A stretch of 64,000 nucleotides of DNA from an uncultured Acidobacteriota bacterium (lineage in GTDB: Bacteria > Acidobacteriota > Blastocatellia > RBC074). The notes beneath the pieces are model-generated. The model was not told where the DNA came from, made no database searches, and worked only from the letters and a program-made list of their open reading frames with translations. Location: NCBI GenBank assembly GCA_963796275.1, contig CAWCKY010000006.1:2112001-2176000 (forward strand), in the 5' to 3' direction. The position numbers were made by a program, and so were the translations under genes. This document shows positions 52,341-62,000 of the stretch, in pieces (positions within the stretch are counted from its first letter, which is position 1; the number at the start of each line of letters is the position of its first letter).

Positions 52341-53510
52341 ATGAAGAGAATCCATCATCTACTTGCCGTATCGCTATGCTGTGTATTGCTATGCTGCCTG
52401 AATATGGCAGCGTTCTCCGGTGCCGATCAGGAGAAGCGACCGCTCAGGCTAGCCGTAGCAGGCCTGAGCCACGGGCATGCCCCGTTAATCCTCGGCCGCA
52501 AGGATCGCGGCGACGTGCAACTCACCGGCATTTACGAAAAGAATCGCGAGGTCGCCGAGCGATACGCCAACCGCTATAAATTAGCGTCGTCGCTCTTTTT
52601 CACCGATCTGGAGAAGATGCTCGACGAGGTAAAACCGCAAGCCGTGGCCGCTTTCGGGACGACTTTCGATCATCTGGCCGTCGTGCAAGCCTGCGCGCCC
52701 CGCGGCATACACGTGATGGTGGAGAAGCCGCTGGCGGCGAGCTTGCAGCACGCACTCGAAATCGAGGCGCTGGCGAAGAAGCACCGCATCCACGTGATCA
52801 CCAATTACGAGACGACCTGGTATGCGAGCAATCAAGCTGTTTACGATTTTGCTCATAAGGAAAAGGCCCTCGGCCCGCTGCGCAAGATCGTCGTGCACGA
52901 CGGGCATCAGGGCCCGCAGGAGATCAAGGTCCCGCCGGAATTCCTTAAATGGCTGAATGATCCGGTATTGAACGGAGGCGGTGCGCTGATGGACTTCGGC
53001 TGTTACGGAGCCAATCTCGCCACCTGGCTGATGAAAGGAGAAGAACCCCTGACCGTCACGGCGGTGACGCAACAATTCAAGCCCGAGATATATCCGAAGG
53101 TCGATGACGAAGCCACGATCGTGCTGGCCTATTGCGATGCGCAGGCGATCATTCAGGCTTCCTGGAACTGGCCGGTCAACCGCAAGGATATGGAAGTGTA
53201 TGGGCGCGACGGCTACGCACATGCGCTGGACGCGCGCAACGTCAGACTGAGAAAACCGGGCGAACAGCAGGAGACCCCTCTCAAGCTGGCGGGGAAATCG
53301 GATCCCCTGGATGATCCCTTCGCTTACTTCGCAGCGGTGGTACGCGGCGATATCCAGATCGGTCAGAATGACTTGTCTTCATTCGCGAATAATATGACTG
53401 TCATGCGGATACTCGATGCGGCCAAGCGATCGGCGGCTACCGGTAAAACGGTGAAGCTGGCGACCGCCCGATGTGCTGGACAGAATGGGCGAGGGACGGC
53501 CAATCAATAG
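52341..53510 (+). CDS. Gfo/Idh/MocA oxidoreductase with N-terminal leader
   Basis: AVAGLSHGH, VMVEKPLA, GGGALMDFGCYG, QASWNWP. Confidence 0.9.
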   Translation: MKRIHHLLAVSLCCVLLCCLNMAAFSGADQEKRPLRLAVAGLSHGHAPLILGRKDRGDVQLTGIYEKNREVAERYANRYKLASSLFFTDLEKMLDEVKPQAVAAFGTTFDHLAVVQACAPRGIHVMVEKPLAASLQHALEIEALAKKHRIHVITNYETTWYASNQAVYDFAHKEKALGPLRKIVVHDGHQGPQEIKVPPEFLKWLNDPVLNGGGALMDFGCYGANLATWLMKGEEPLTVTAVTQQFKPEIYPKVDDEATIVLAYCDAQAIIQASWNWPVNRKDMEVYGRDGYAHALDARNVRLRKPGEQQETPLKLAGKSDPLDDPFAYFAAVVRGDIQIGQNDLSSFANNMTVMRILDAAKRSAATGKTVKLATARCAGQNGRGTANQ

Positions 53511-53535
53511 TCGTCCACGCGATAACGACAAGAGG

Positions 53536-55848
53536 TTAAATCGGAAAGAGCAGATCGCAATTTGCGCCGGATCGGCCCGGCCCATTGGATGAATCATCGT
53601 TGGCGATGACGCCGACCTCTTTGGCGGCGGCTTTGAGCCGGGCAGCGTACTCCTGCCGATCATAGTGAGCCGTGCCATTGCGATTGGTTGTACTGACCCG
53701 GTCGGCTTTCTTCTTCGCCTTTGCATTCGTGATCACATATCCGATCTTTTCGCCGGGGTGTACCTTAACTCCATCGTCGATCAGTTCGCGGGCGGCGAGT
53801 GCGGCTCGCGTTTCGACTTCGTATTCTTTGATCTCGCGGCTCAAGACCTGCTCGATGATCAGCAGGCGAGGGTCGACCTGCCCGCTTTCCAGTTGGGCGA
53901 GGCGAGCCTCGTAGATTGGGCGCGCTTCCTGCCGGCGCTGATGAAGCTCTTCGATGTCGCGCGCCTGAGACATCACGGCGAGCATCTCTTCCTGCGCCTC
54001 TCTGATGAACTGCGGCGTATCGTGTCGCCGGCAAGCCAGGCCGCGAATTTTCATGCTGCCATCGGTGAATACCCCGTAAAATCTCGCCGCCACCGGACGT
54101 GTTGATTTGACCTTCGACGGGGCGAAGACCAGCCAGCGATAAACGCCTTCGATGCTCATCTCGATTCCGGTTGCGCCGGTGATCGTTTCGCAGAGCCTCG
54201 GCAATTCTTCTTCGGTCAGGCCTTCCTTCATTATCCAAAGGCTGTCGGTCAGCGCGTGCAGCATCTCGAAGCCGGCATCTTCGGCTATCTCTTTCGCTCG
54301 CAGCAGCGTCTCCCGCCCCCAGGCCGTCACGGCCTCGTGCGCTTCGATGCGCCCCATCCGCGCGTTTTTATAACCCATATACCCGAAGCAGGTGACCAGC
54401 ATCCATTTGATCGCCGCGCGCCGGGCGTCGTAAATCGCCCGCGTCCGCTCATCCACGCTCTTCATCAACTGTTTGTAAACCCGACGCCGCTCGACCAGCG
54501 GCTCGAGCGTGAGCGGGATCAATCCGCGGCGCTTCTCGCAAATGTTGTAGCCGGCTTCGGGCACGGCGCTGTTCCGGCAGCACGAACAGAGCACGGTTTC
54601 GGGCGAAATGTTGCGCGTGACCATCAATGATGGATACATCGAGGCGAAATCTATCTCGGCTATGTTTTCGTATTCGCCGATCCTCGGTTGAAACGTCAAC
54701 CCGCCTTTGTCCACGGTCAGCAGCTGCAAAGCGGTCTTCGCTTTCTCGGGCTCATTCTTGCGCCAGGGGACCAGGATGCCGTCGTTGATGGCGCGATCCA
54801 TTTGCAGCGACGTCATGGCGGTTCCCGGCGACCGGCGCGCCGTTCTCTGCACGGGCAGCCGCGAGAGCCTGGCCAGCTCCAGCAGCCCCTCCAACCCGGT
54901 TTCGCCGTGCGCGAATGAGCTCTCGCGATCGATGTGCCAGCGCCCGCGGAGCGGATAACTCGGCGGTTTGTAGACGATGTTGCCGTAGCTGAAATAGGTG
55001 CGGCCTTCCGTCTCGATCTTGCGCTCGGTGACGACGCGATCGCGATCGAGCAGCAATTGCAGCTTTTCGCTTTGGGCGACCTGCAGCAATGCGGGAAGCA
55101 GCACCGAGTCGCCGCGCTCGCTCAGGATCAGGTCGGGGTCGTATCGCTCGATCATCCCGTTGAAGGCGGCGATCGCTTGCGCGCCGAGGGCAGGGTGGAG
55201 AACCGTCTCATCGCTCTCCGTCGCAATGAGGATGCGGCTCGCCCTGGTCAACGGGCGCATCCGCTCGCCGCGCATTCGCATCACGCGCAGCGGCGGCAGC
55301 GGGTGATCGATCTTCCACGCCGAGTCGGTTGCGGCGATTTCGATTACGGCGCCGCGCTCGTCGACGCGGGCTTCGAGGCGGCAGAGGGGAAAAAGTTTGG
55401 TCAGATAGAGGTAATGTTGCGGCGTCGGAATATCGAGGTTGTAGAAGCTGATCTCGCGATCCAGATTCGCCGCGATGTCGCGCAGCTTCGACAGGTGCGA
55501 CGAATCGGAGATGTTGAGCTGAATCACCTCGATCTCTTCGCCGCTCCAGAACTCGCGCTTGCGGGCCCAGCACAGTCCGGCGATCAGGTCGCGTTTGCAC
55601 ATATCCGCCGCGAGCTGTTTCAGTCTTCCTCGGTCGCCGTAAGCGTAAACCGGCGGATAGAATTCATCGGTCAACCGGTGCAACCGCCCATCGTCGTCAT
55701 AAACCCACAGAGTCACCCAGGGGCCGAGCTCGTCGATATCGAAGAGCCATCCCTCGATTCGATTGCCGGCGGTGGGCGATCCTTTGAGAAGCTTATTGGG
55801 TACGGGAAAGGGATGATGCGGCTCACTTCTTCGCATTCCGCAACTCAC
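53536..55848 (-). CDS. polB: Family B DNA polymerase, archaeal PolB2-like (degenerate exonuclease, altered motifs B and C); start may be 55836
   Basis: DKGG, EIDFASMYPS (motif A), NISPET.LCSCC, KWMLVTCFGYMGY (motif B), LHALTDSLW (motif C), KIRG...RRHDTP. Confidence 0.9.
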   Translation of the reverse strand: MSCGMRRSEPHHPFPVPNKLLKGSPTAGNRIEGWLFDIDELGPWVTLWVYDDDGRLHRLTDEFYPPVYAYGDRGRLKQLAADMCKRDLIAGLCWARKREFWSGEEIEVIQLNISDSSHLSKLRDIAANLDREISFYNLDIPTPQHYLYLTKLFPLCRLEARVDERGAVIEIAATDSAWKIDHPLPPLRVMRMRGERMRPLTRASRILIATESDETVLHPALGAQAIAAFNGMIERYDPDLILSERGDSVLLPALLQVAQSEKLQLLLDRDRVVTERKIETEGRTYFSYGNIVYKPPSYPLRGRWHIDRESSFAHGETGLEGLLELARLSRLPVQRTARRSPGTAMTSLQMDRAINDGILVPWRKNEPEKAKTALQLLTVDKGGLTFQPRIGEYENIAEIDFASMYPSLMVTRNISPETVLCSCCRNSAVPEAGYNICEKRRGLIPLTLEPLVERRRVYKQLMKSVDERTRAIYDARRAAIKWMLVTCFGYMGYKNARMGRIEAHEAVTAWGRETLLRAKEIAEDAGFEMLHALTDSLWIMKEGLTEEELPRLCETITGATGIEMSIEGVYRWLVFAPSKVKSTRPVAARFYGVFTDGSMKIRGLACRRHDTPQFIREAQEEMLAVMSQARDIEELHQRRQEARPIYEARLAQLESGQVDPRLLIIEQVLSREIKEYEVETRAALAARELIDDGVKVHPGEKIGYVITNAKAKKKADRVSTTNRNGTAHYDRQEYAARLKAAAKEVGVIANDDSSNGPGRSGANCDLLFPI

Positions 55849-56098
55849 TTTCCAATTCGTCCACGCGGGTTCGCAAATGCTTCTCTTCTCTGAGCATTTC
55901 GATCAGCATGGAGATGAAGACCGATTCCATCGGTTCGGGATTGGCCGCCTGCACGGCCGCCTGCACGTGCAGGCGCGCGCGTTCAAACAGCTCATCGAAA
56001 AGCTCCTGATCCCGCTTGCGCAGCGAGCGCCTGAACTGTCCCAAACGTTTTTGCTGTTCGGCCAACACCATACTGAATGGCAGGACCGTTCTTCCCAT
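55823..56098 (-). CDS. Small helical protein resembling the PolB2-associated family (arCOG07300-like)
   Basis: GGAGGTGG RBS; MGRT..PF...L......FRRSLRK.DQE.FDELF..A..H; overlaps the polB start. Confidence 0.75.
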   Translation of the reverse strand: MGRTVLPFSMVLAEQQKRLGQFRRSLRKRDQELFDELFERARLHVQAAVQAANPEPMESVFISMLIEMLREEKHLRTRVDELESELRNAKK

Positions 56099-56138
56099 TA
56101 GCCACCTCCCGATCTCGAGATGTAAGGACAACTCGGGT

Positions 56139-56162
56139 TACGGGGCATATATACGGGGCATA
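56139..56162. promoter_or_regulatory. 11-bp perfect direct repeat, candidate operator
   Basis: TACGGGGCATA-ta-TACGGGGCATA, about 40 nt upstream of the small gene. Confidence 0.35.
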
Positions 56163-56216
56163 AATTGCTAAAGAGTCGCTGTCAACGGTTGGGGCTATGA
56201 CGAACGACGCTCTTCA

Positions 56217-56816
56217 CTATGCGATCAACGAACGACCGCTACTATTTTCGAGCGTAAATGTGCGCTCTCCCTCCAGCCGGATCACCACGTTCGAGGCGCG
56301 GATGAGATCGGTCAGAAAGTGAGCGCGTTGAGGCTGGTCCGGCGTCTCGCTCTGCGCGAGCAGCAATGCCAGCCCTTCCCGCGATAACTCGCGCAAACGC
56401 CACAGCGAACGGTAAAACATGCGAGCCGCGTCGGTATGCGTGACATCTTCGTCGAGGAAGGTCGTGCAGATGCCGGAGACGATGACGACGGAGTAGGTGT
56501 CCTCCAGGGTGTCGGGGAGTTCGAGGCGATGAATCAGTTCATCGAGCTGGTAGGCCGTAAACGCGCGGGTGACCAGGATGCGTCCCAGAACCTCTTCCGG
56601 GTTTTTCTGTTGTGATCTGGCGCACCTGGCGACGATGTAGGGGTCGAACCGGTTGTCGCCGCAAAGGTAGAGAGACGGTTTGTGTTCGCAAGCCAGCTGC
56701 GCGGCCAGGTGTACGCCCAACGCCGAGGCATGGCCGCCGTACACGGTGACCATGCGCGATGGAAGAATCGAAGCGCGCACCGCACGCGGCGCAGAGCTGA
56801 TCGGTAGAGTTCGCAT
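56217..56816 (-). CDS. Inactivated RadA/RecA-fold protein
   Basis: GGAGG RBS; LYLCGDNRFDPY and ILVTRAFTAYQL are RadA-like; Walker A is degenerate (VYGGHAS) and Walker B lacks Asp (VVIVSG). Confidence 0.72.
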   Translation of the reverse strand: MRTLPISSAPRAVRASILPSRMVTVYGGHASALGVHLAAQLACEHKPSLYLCGDNRFDPYIVARCARSQQKNPEEVLGRILVTRAFTAYQLDELIHRLELPDTLEDTYSVVIVSGICTTFLDEDVTHTDAARMFYRSLWRLRELSREGLALLLAQSETPDQPQRAHFLTDLIRASNVVIRLEGERTFTLENSSGRSLIA

Positions 56817-57305
56817 GACAAAACCTCCAACGTAATCGAACTACTCGTGCCTGCGAACCACTTGAACTTCATACCCCGCACGCGACGTCTTAGGAATCGC
56901 CCGTGATTTTTTGCTTGGAAAGTCTGTTTGCCTGATGAGGTGGAAACCGCAAACCGACGGTCAGGGGACATTATCGAAGTTCGCCGAAAATTACAAGCTG
57001 AGAGAGGGCGGCCCGCCCTGTTCTTCACGGTTCGGTAAGGATGAAAAGCCGCAATGAACCGCTCTAAACCTCCGGCTTCAATGACAATTGCATGGAACGC
57101 GCCGATGGCTATATCGAGAATGTAATTTTAAAGGTAATTTTAAAATGAAGGTTGTGTAAAAAGAAAGACAAATAGCATAAACAGCCCGGAGTTCAGAGCG
57201 GGGGACGCGCAATGTCCGGCTTTTGATTCGCCGGTATCGTTTGCAGCCTGCTTTGGTAGTCTATTCCGCCATAGGCGCGGGCCCGATTGCGGGAATCAGC
57301 AGCGT

Positions 57306-57818
57306 TCAGTTTGACCCGGTTTTGTTACTCGGGTCATCGGCCGGATTCACCCAGATGGTCTTGAATGGACCGATGCCGTGAAGTTGGATTATGGTCTCCC
57401 CTTCGGCCCACACGAAGTGTCGCATCTCTCTCGGCATCATCAAGTATGAGCCGGCAGGCAGAGATGTGGCCCCCGCGCGATCGAACTTCTCTCCCATTCC
57501 GGCGTGGAGAGTTCCCGTCATTACGGTGAGGTGCTCGTCTATCGGATGCCAGTGCGGTGGCACTTGCAGGCCATCCCTGAGTTTCAGCCGGATGACGAAT
57601 GGCGCGCCCTCTTTTGCAGGATCTCCCGATAAGACTGCAATCTCCAGCCCCGGCGAGCGCGGCTTCCATTCAACCTTATCCGGTGTGACCTTTTTGCCGT
57701 GCGCTTGAGCTTTATCGGCAGGCGATGCCGAGGTCTGTTGTCTCTGAGCTATGGTAGATGGCGAATAGACCAATTGACTGAGAACAAATAGAAACATGAA
57801 CGCTAGATACTTTTTCAT
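57306..57818 (-). CDS. Secreted cupin domain protein
   Basis: Signal peptide; VLSGDP...G.FVIRL, VPPHWHP.DEH.TV..G, MP..M.HF.W, QLHG.GPF. Confidence 0.88.
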   Translation of the reverse strand: MKKYLAFMFLFVLSQLVYSPSTIAQRQQTSASPADKAQAHGKKVTPDKVEWKPRSPGLEIAVLSGDPAKEGAPFVIRLKLRDGLQVPPHWHPIDEHLTVMTGTLHAGMGEKFDRAGATSLPAGSYLMMPREMRHFVWAEGETIIQLHGIGPFKTIWVNPADDPSNKTGSN

Positions 57819-58776
57819 ATCTTAATCCTTTAGCTATATTCTATTAGATATATTCTATGCGTCGCGACTTCGGCCGAATGCTACCGAATGCTTAGAGAAT
57901 TCCGGCCTCTTCATTTCCTCTTATTTATTGCTCAGGTACCCTATCCCATAATTGGCTCAGGGGTAAGAGCCAATAGGCTGATTTTGTATAAGACCACTTT
58001 ATAGAAAAGTATGATGAATTAGATGAGGGAATTCCGGCTGACTCATGCAGACGCGCGTCTATTCTGGCGCTCAAGCCTGATGACACCTAGTTCTGTCGAA
58101 CTACGAACCGATACGCGAACACAATCCCCCGGGGCTCGATCAGGCGAATGTGGAGCCAGGTCAATTCAGTGGGAGAGTTTGCGAGACTACGTCTATAAGC
58201 TCATCCACGAATTTCGGCCCTTTCGCCTCTATCAAGTCAAGTGTCCACAGAACCGCAGCAGCAATCCGCGGCCACTCACTCTCGATGAAAAAACTAATTA
58301 GCGGCAGATGAGCAAATGATGGAGTGGATAGTGCAATCTGGGTGGATAAGTATTTATGAAATTAGTTGGCGGTAATTGCATTGTTACTCGGTTACTCGAC
58401 ATATCGCGCATGATCGAGACAATTACATTGTGTTATTAACGAGTATTGATAATACAGCCATTTTTCCATTTTATTGATGTTAGTTACCTGGTGTCTAACT
58501 GTTACATTTAACGGTAAGTTGATTGATCAATGAAGTTCATAAGGATAGGCTTTCCCCACGCTATCAAAGCAATAGCTTTTCTCAATATAGCCTTATAATT
58601 AAAACTTTCTGGGATTCTAGAACAGCCGAAATTGGTTACTAGGCTCATTCCTGCATGAGATCACTAAATTCCAATTATTGGGGGATGAGGCATTCAAGTG
58701 GCTAAAACTAACTAGAGACAAAGTGCAAATTACAGCAAATTTCAGATGAGTGAGCATATCTTGGGTAGCGGAGGCT

Positions 58777-58828
58777 TTGGAGTGCGGTTGCTTACCAAAG
58801 CGGTTGCAAGCAAGCAACCGCACTCCAA
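58777..58828. repeat. REP-like 17-bp perfect inverted repeat
   Basis: TTGGAGTGCGGTTGCTT (58777-58793) / AAGCAACCGCACTCCAA (58812-58828). Confidence 0.75.
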
Positions 58829-59072
58829 GGTGCTCTGCAATCCTCAACCCCGCATACTCATCTGAAATCCGCAGTAAAAGAGTATTTTAAAGGAAATGTT
58901 AGTTTAATTCGGCGTTGGCTTTGTTTAATTCTACTTGCTGGTAAAATCGAAATACTTGGGTTATTCGAGTAATAGGTTACAGCGTGGCTGTTTCATAATC
59001 GGAAGCAGAATCCCGCAATCCATCGACTTCACGCCTACCTTGGTAGTGCGCATTAATAAAGAATGAGGAAAT

Positions 59073-62000
59073 ATGAGTTCACATCCTTTTCCGAAGGGGA
59101 ATGTTATTGTTTTGGTGCTCTGCCTGCTGGCGGTGACGCTGAATTTGAGCGCGCAGTCAACGAGCGGTTCAATGAGCGGTACAATTTTGGATAACAGTGG
59201 TGCGGCGATCGCGAATGCGAGGGTCGTCGTGACTGATCAGAGCAAAAAAGTTTCATTTTCCGCCGTCACTGATGGCGAAGGTCGATTCGCGTTCACGCTA
59301 TTACAGCCTGGGCGGTACAACGTTACGGTGGAAAGCGCCGGTTTCCGAAAACTTGAATTGAAAGACGTCGTGCTCAATGCGAACGACAAGCTTTCGGTGG
59401 GCGAGTTGAAAATGGATATCGGAACCCTCGAACAAGTGATAGAGGTGGTATCCGAGGGCCAGCTGCTTAAAACGGAGAGCGGTGAACGTTCGGACGCGCT
59501 CGTCGGCGAGCAACTGCAAAACGTCGCGGTCAACAGCCGGACCTATCTGGCGCTGGCTGCGGTGACGCCGGGCGTCGTCGTCACCGGGAACAATTTTCAG
59601 ACCGCGGGCCACGCCGGGCTCGGCGATATTTCAGCTAACGGCGCGCGCCCCAATCAGAACCAGCTGACGCTCAATGGCGTCGGGAACGTCGATACGGGAA
59701 ATAATGGCGATCAATTGGCGACCATCAGCCTGGATTCCGTGCAGGAATATAAGATTCTCACGAGCAACTACCAGGCCGAGTATGGACGTTCGGCGGGCGC
59801 GCAGATCAACGTCGTGACCAAGAGCGGCACCAGAGAGTTTCATGGCAGCGGCTACCTCTTCCACCGTCACGAAGGGCTCAATGCCAACAATTGGAAGAAC
59901 AACCGTGATAGTCTGGGTCGCAACCTCTACCGGTTCAATAATACCGGGTATACGATTGGCGGGCCGATCAAACTTCCGAAGAAGGTCTTCGGGCCGCTCG
60001 CCAGGTTGGGAGAGGACAAGCTTTTCTTTTTCTGGAGCCAGGAATACCAGCGCCAGTTGCAGCCGCAAGGCAGACGTGACGTAACCGTTCCGACGGCGCT
60101 CGAGCGCATGGGCGATTTTTCGAATAGCGTCGACCTGAATGGTAACAAGGTCTTTATCAAGGACCCGCTGCTGCCGGGCCTCTGTAATGCTACCGATCAG
60201 ACCGCTTGTTTCAGTGATGGAGGCGTGCCCAACAAAATTCCGCAGAGCCGTCTCTATACTCCGGGCCTCGCTATTCTCAACATGTTCCCAATGCCGAACA
60301 ATCTGAGTTCGAGTACCCAGGGCTTCAACTTCACCACTCAGATTCCGAACTCCTATCCGAGGCGCGAAGACCTGCTGCGCATCGATGCCAATTTGAGCGA
60401 CAGGTGGAAGGTCTTTGGCCACATTTTGAATAATTTCGATTCCGTGACGAGTGATTACGGTTCGTTCGTTCTCGGATCGAACACGCCGTTCGGCACCCCG
60501 ATCACCGACATCCGGCCCGGCCGCAGCTATGCGGTAGGTGTGACCACGATCATCAATCCGACGATGACCAACGAATTCACGTGGGGGTACGGCCACAACC
60601 AGATCAACATCGACCCGGTCAATGACGGCCTGACCAGGAGCGCAAACGGACTGAGCGGCCTTCCGGTCCTATTTCCGGGCGCCATCCAGAATGATTTCAT
60701 CCCGCAATTCCAATTCAACGGCACACGGATCAACAATGAGCCGAACTTCGGGACCAACAACGCTCCTTTCTTCAACTACAACACGACCATCGACTTCGTC
60801 GACAACGTCAGCAAGGTCTGGAAACAGCACGTTTTCAAGGCCGGCTTCTACATCCAGCGCAGCCGCAAGGACCAGACCTCTTTTGCGAATGCCAATGGAC
60901 AGATCAATTTCGGCGACAATACCGGCAACCGATTCGATACCGGGTATGGTTTCGCCAATGCCGCGGTTGGAGTCTTCTCTTCCTTTAATCAGGCATCGCA
61001 GTACGCCACCGGCAGGTATCGTTATACCAACCTCGAGTTCTACCTGCAGGACACCTGGAAGGCAACGCGCAGGGTGACGCTCGATTACGGTATGCGCCTC
61101 TACTGGATTCAACCGCAGTTCGATTCAGCTCTCCAGACCGCGACATTTTTACCGGAGCAGTATGATCCGAGCAGAGCCGTCCGCCTCTATCGCCCCGCGT
61201 TCAATGGGGCTGCCATCGATCCCGTTACCGGGGAGATGCGCTTGGCATCCGACATCGGCAAGATCGTGCCCAACTCGGGGGACCTCTTCAATGGCATCGC
61301 GCAGGCGGGCACGGATGTGAGCAAGTACCTGATGGAGAACCGGGGTATCCAATATGGGCCTCGTTTCGGCATCGCATTCGACGTCACCGGCAAACAGAAC
61401 ATCGTGGTGCGAGCCGGAGCGGGAATCTACTACGACCGGTTCCAGGGGAATGAAACATTCGATATGTTGACTAACCCGCCCACTACGTTGGCTCCGACAC
61501 TGGTCAATGATTTCATCACGAACATCAACCCGATCGCAGACGTCAATTCGGGCAGTGTGCTCTTCGCTCCGTTCGGATTACATGCTTTCAGTTTCGAGGG
61601 GAAACTGCCGACCGTCTACAACTACAGCTTCAGCGTGCAAACCAAGTTGCCGTACGAGATGCTGCTGGATGTGGCCTATGTCGGTTCGCTCTCGCGCCAT
61701 CTGCTCCAGCGCTTGAATATCAATGCCATTCCTTACGGAGCGACTTTCTTGGCGCAGAATCAGGATCCGACGAAGGGCGGTGGTACACTCGGCTCGAGCG
61801 CTTTCGACGTCAACTTCCTCCGCCCATATCAGGGCTACGGAGATATCACGCTTCATCAGATGGGCGGCACATCAAACTACAATTCGCTTCAGGTGGGACT
61901 CAACCGCCGTTTCGCCAGGGGATTGTTCTTCGGGACGGCTTACACGTGGAGCAAAGCGCTGACCACGGTGAGCGGCGACGGCGATTTCATCCGGATCGAT

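Noticed and set aside
53536-55848. Prophage, casposon or pipolin polymerase
   Set aside because: No integrase, Cas1, terminal repeats or structural genes are visible, and the partner genes match the PolB2 cassette.
56534-57028. 164-aa ORF as a fourth cassette gene such as lexA or umuD
   Set aside because: It overlaps the RadA-like gene out of frame and has no HTH or S24 peptidase motifs.
45850-59021. TCCCGCAATC recurring in three intergenic regions (45850, 57285 reverse, 59011)
   Set aside because: A 10-mer at inconsistent distances from start codons cannot be told from chance without statistics.
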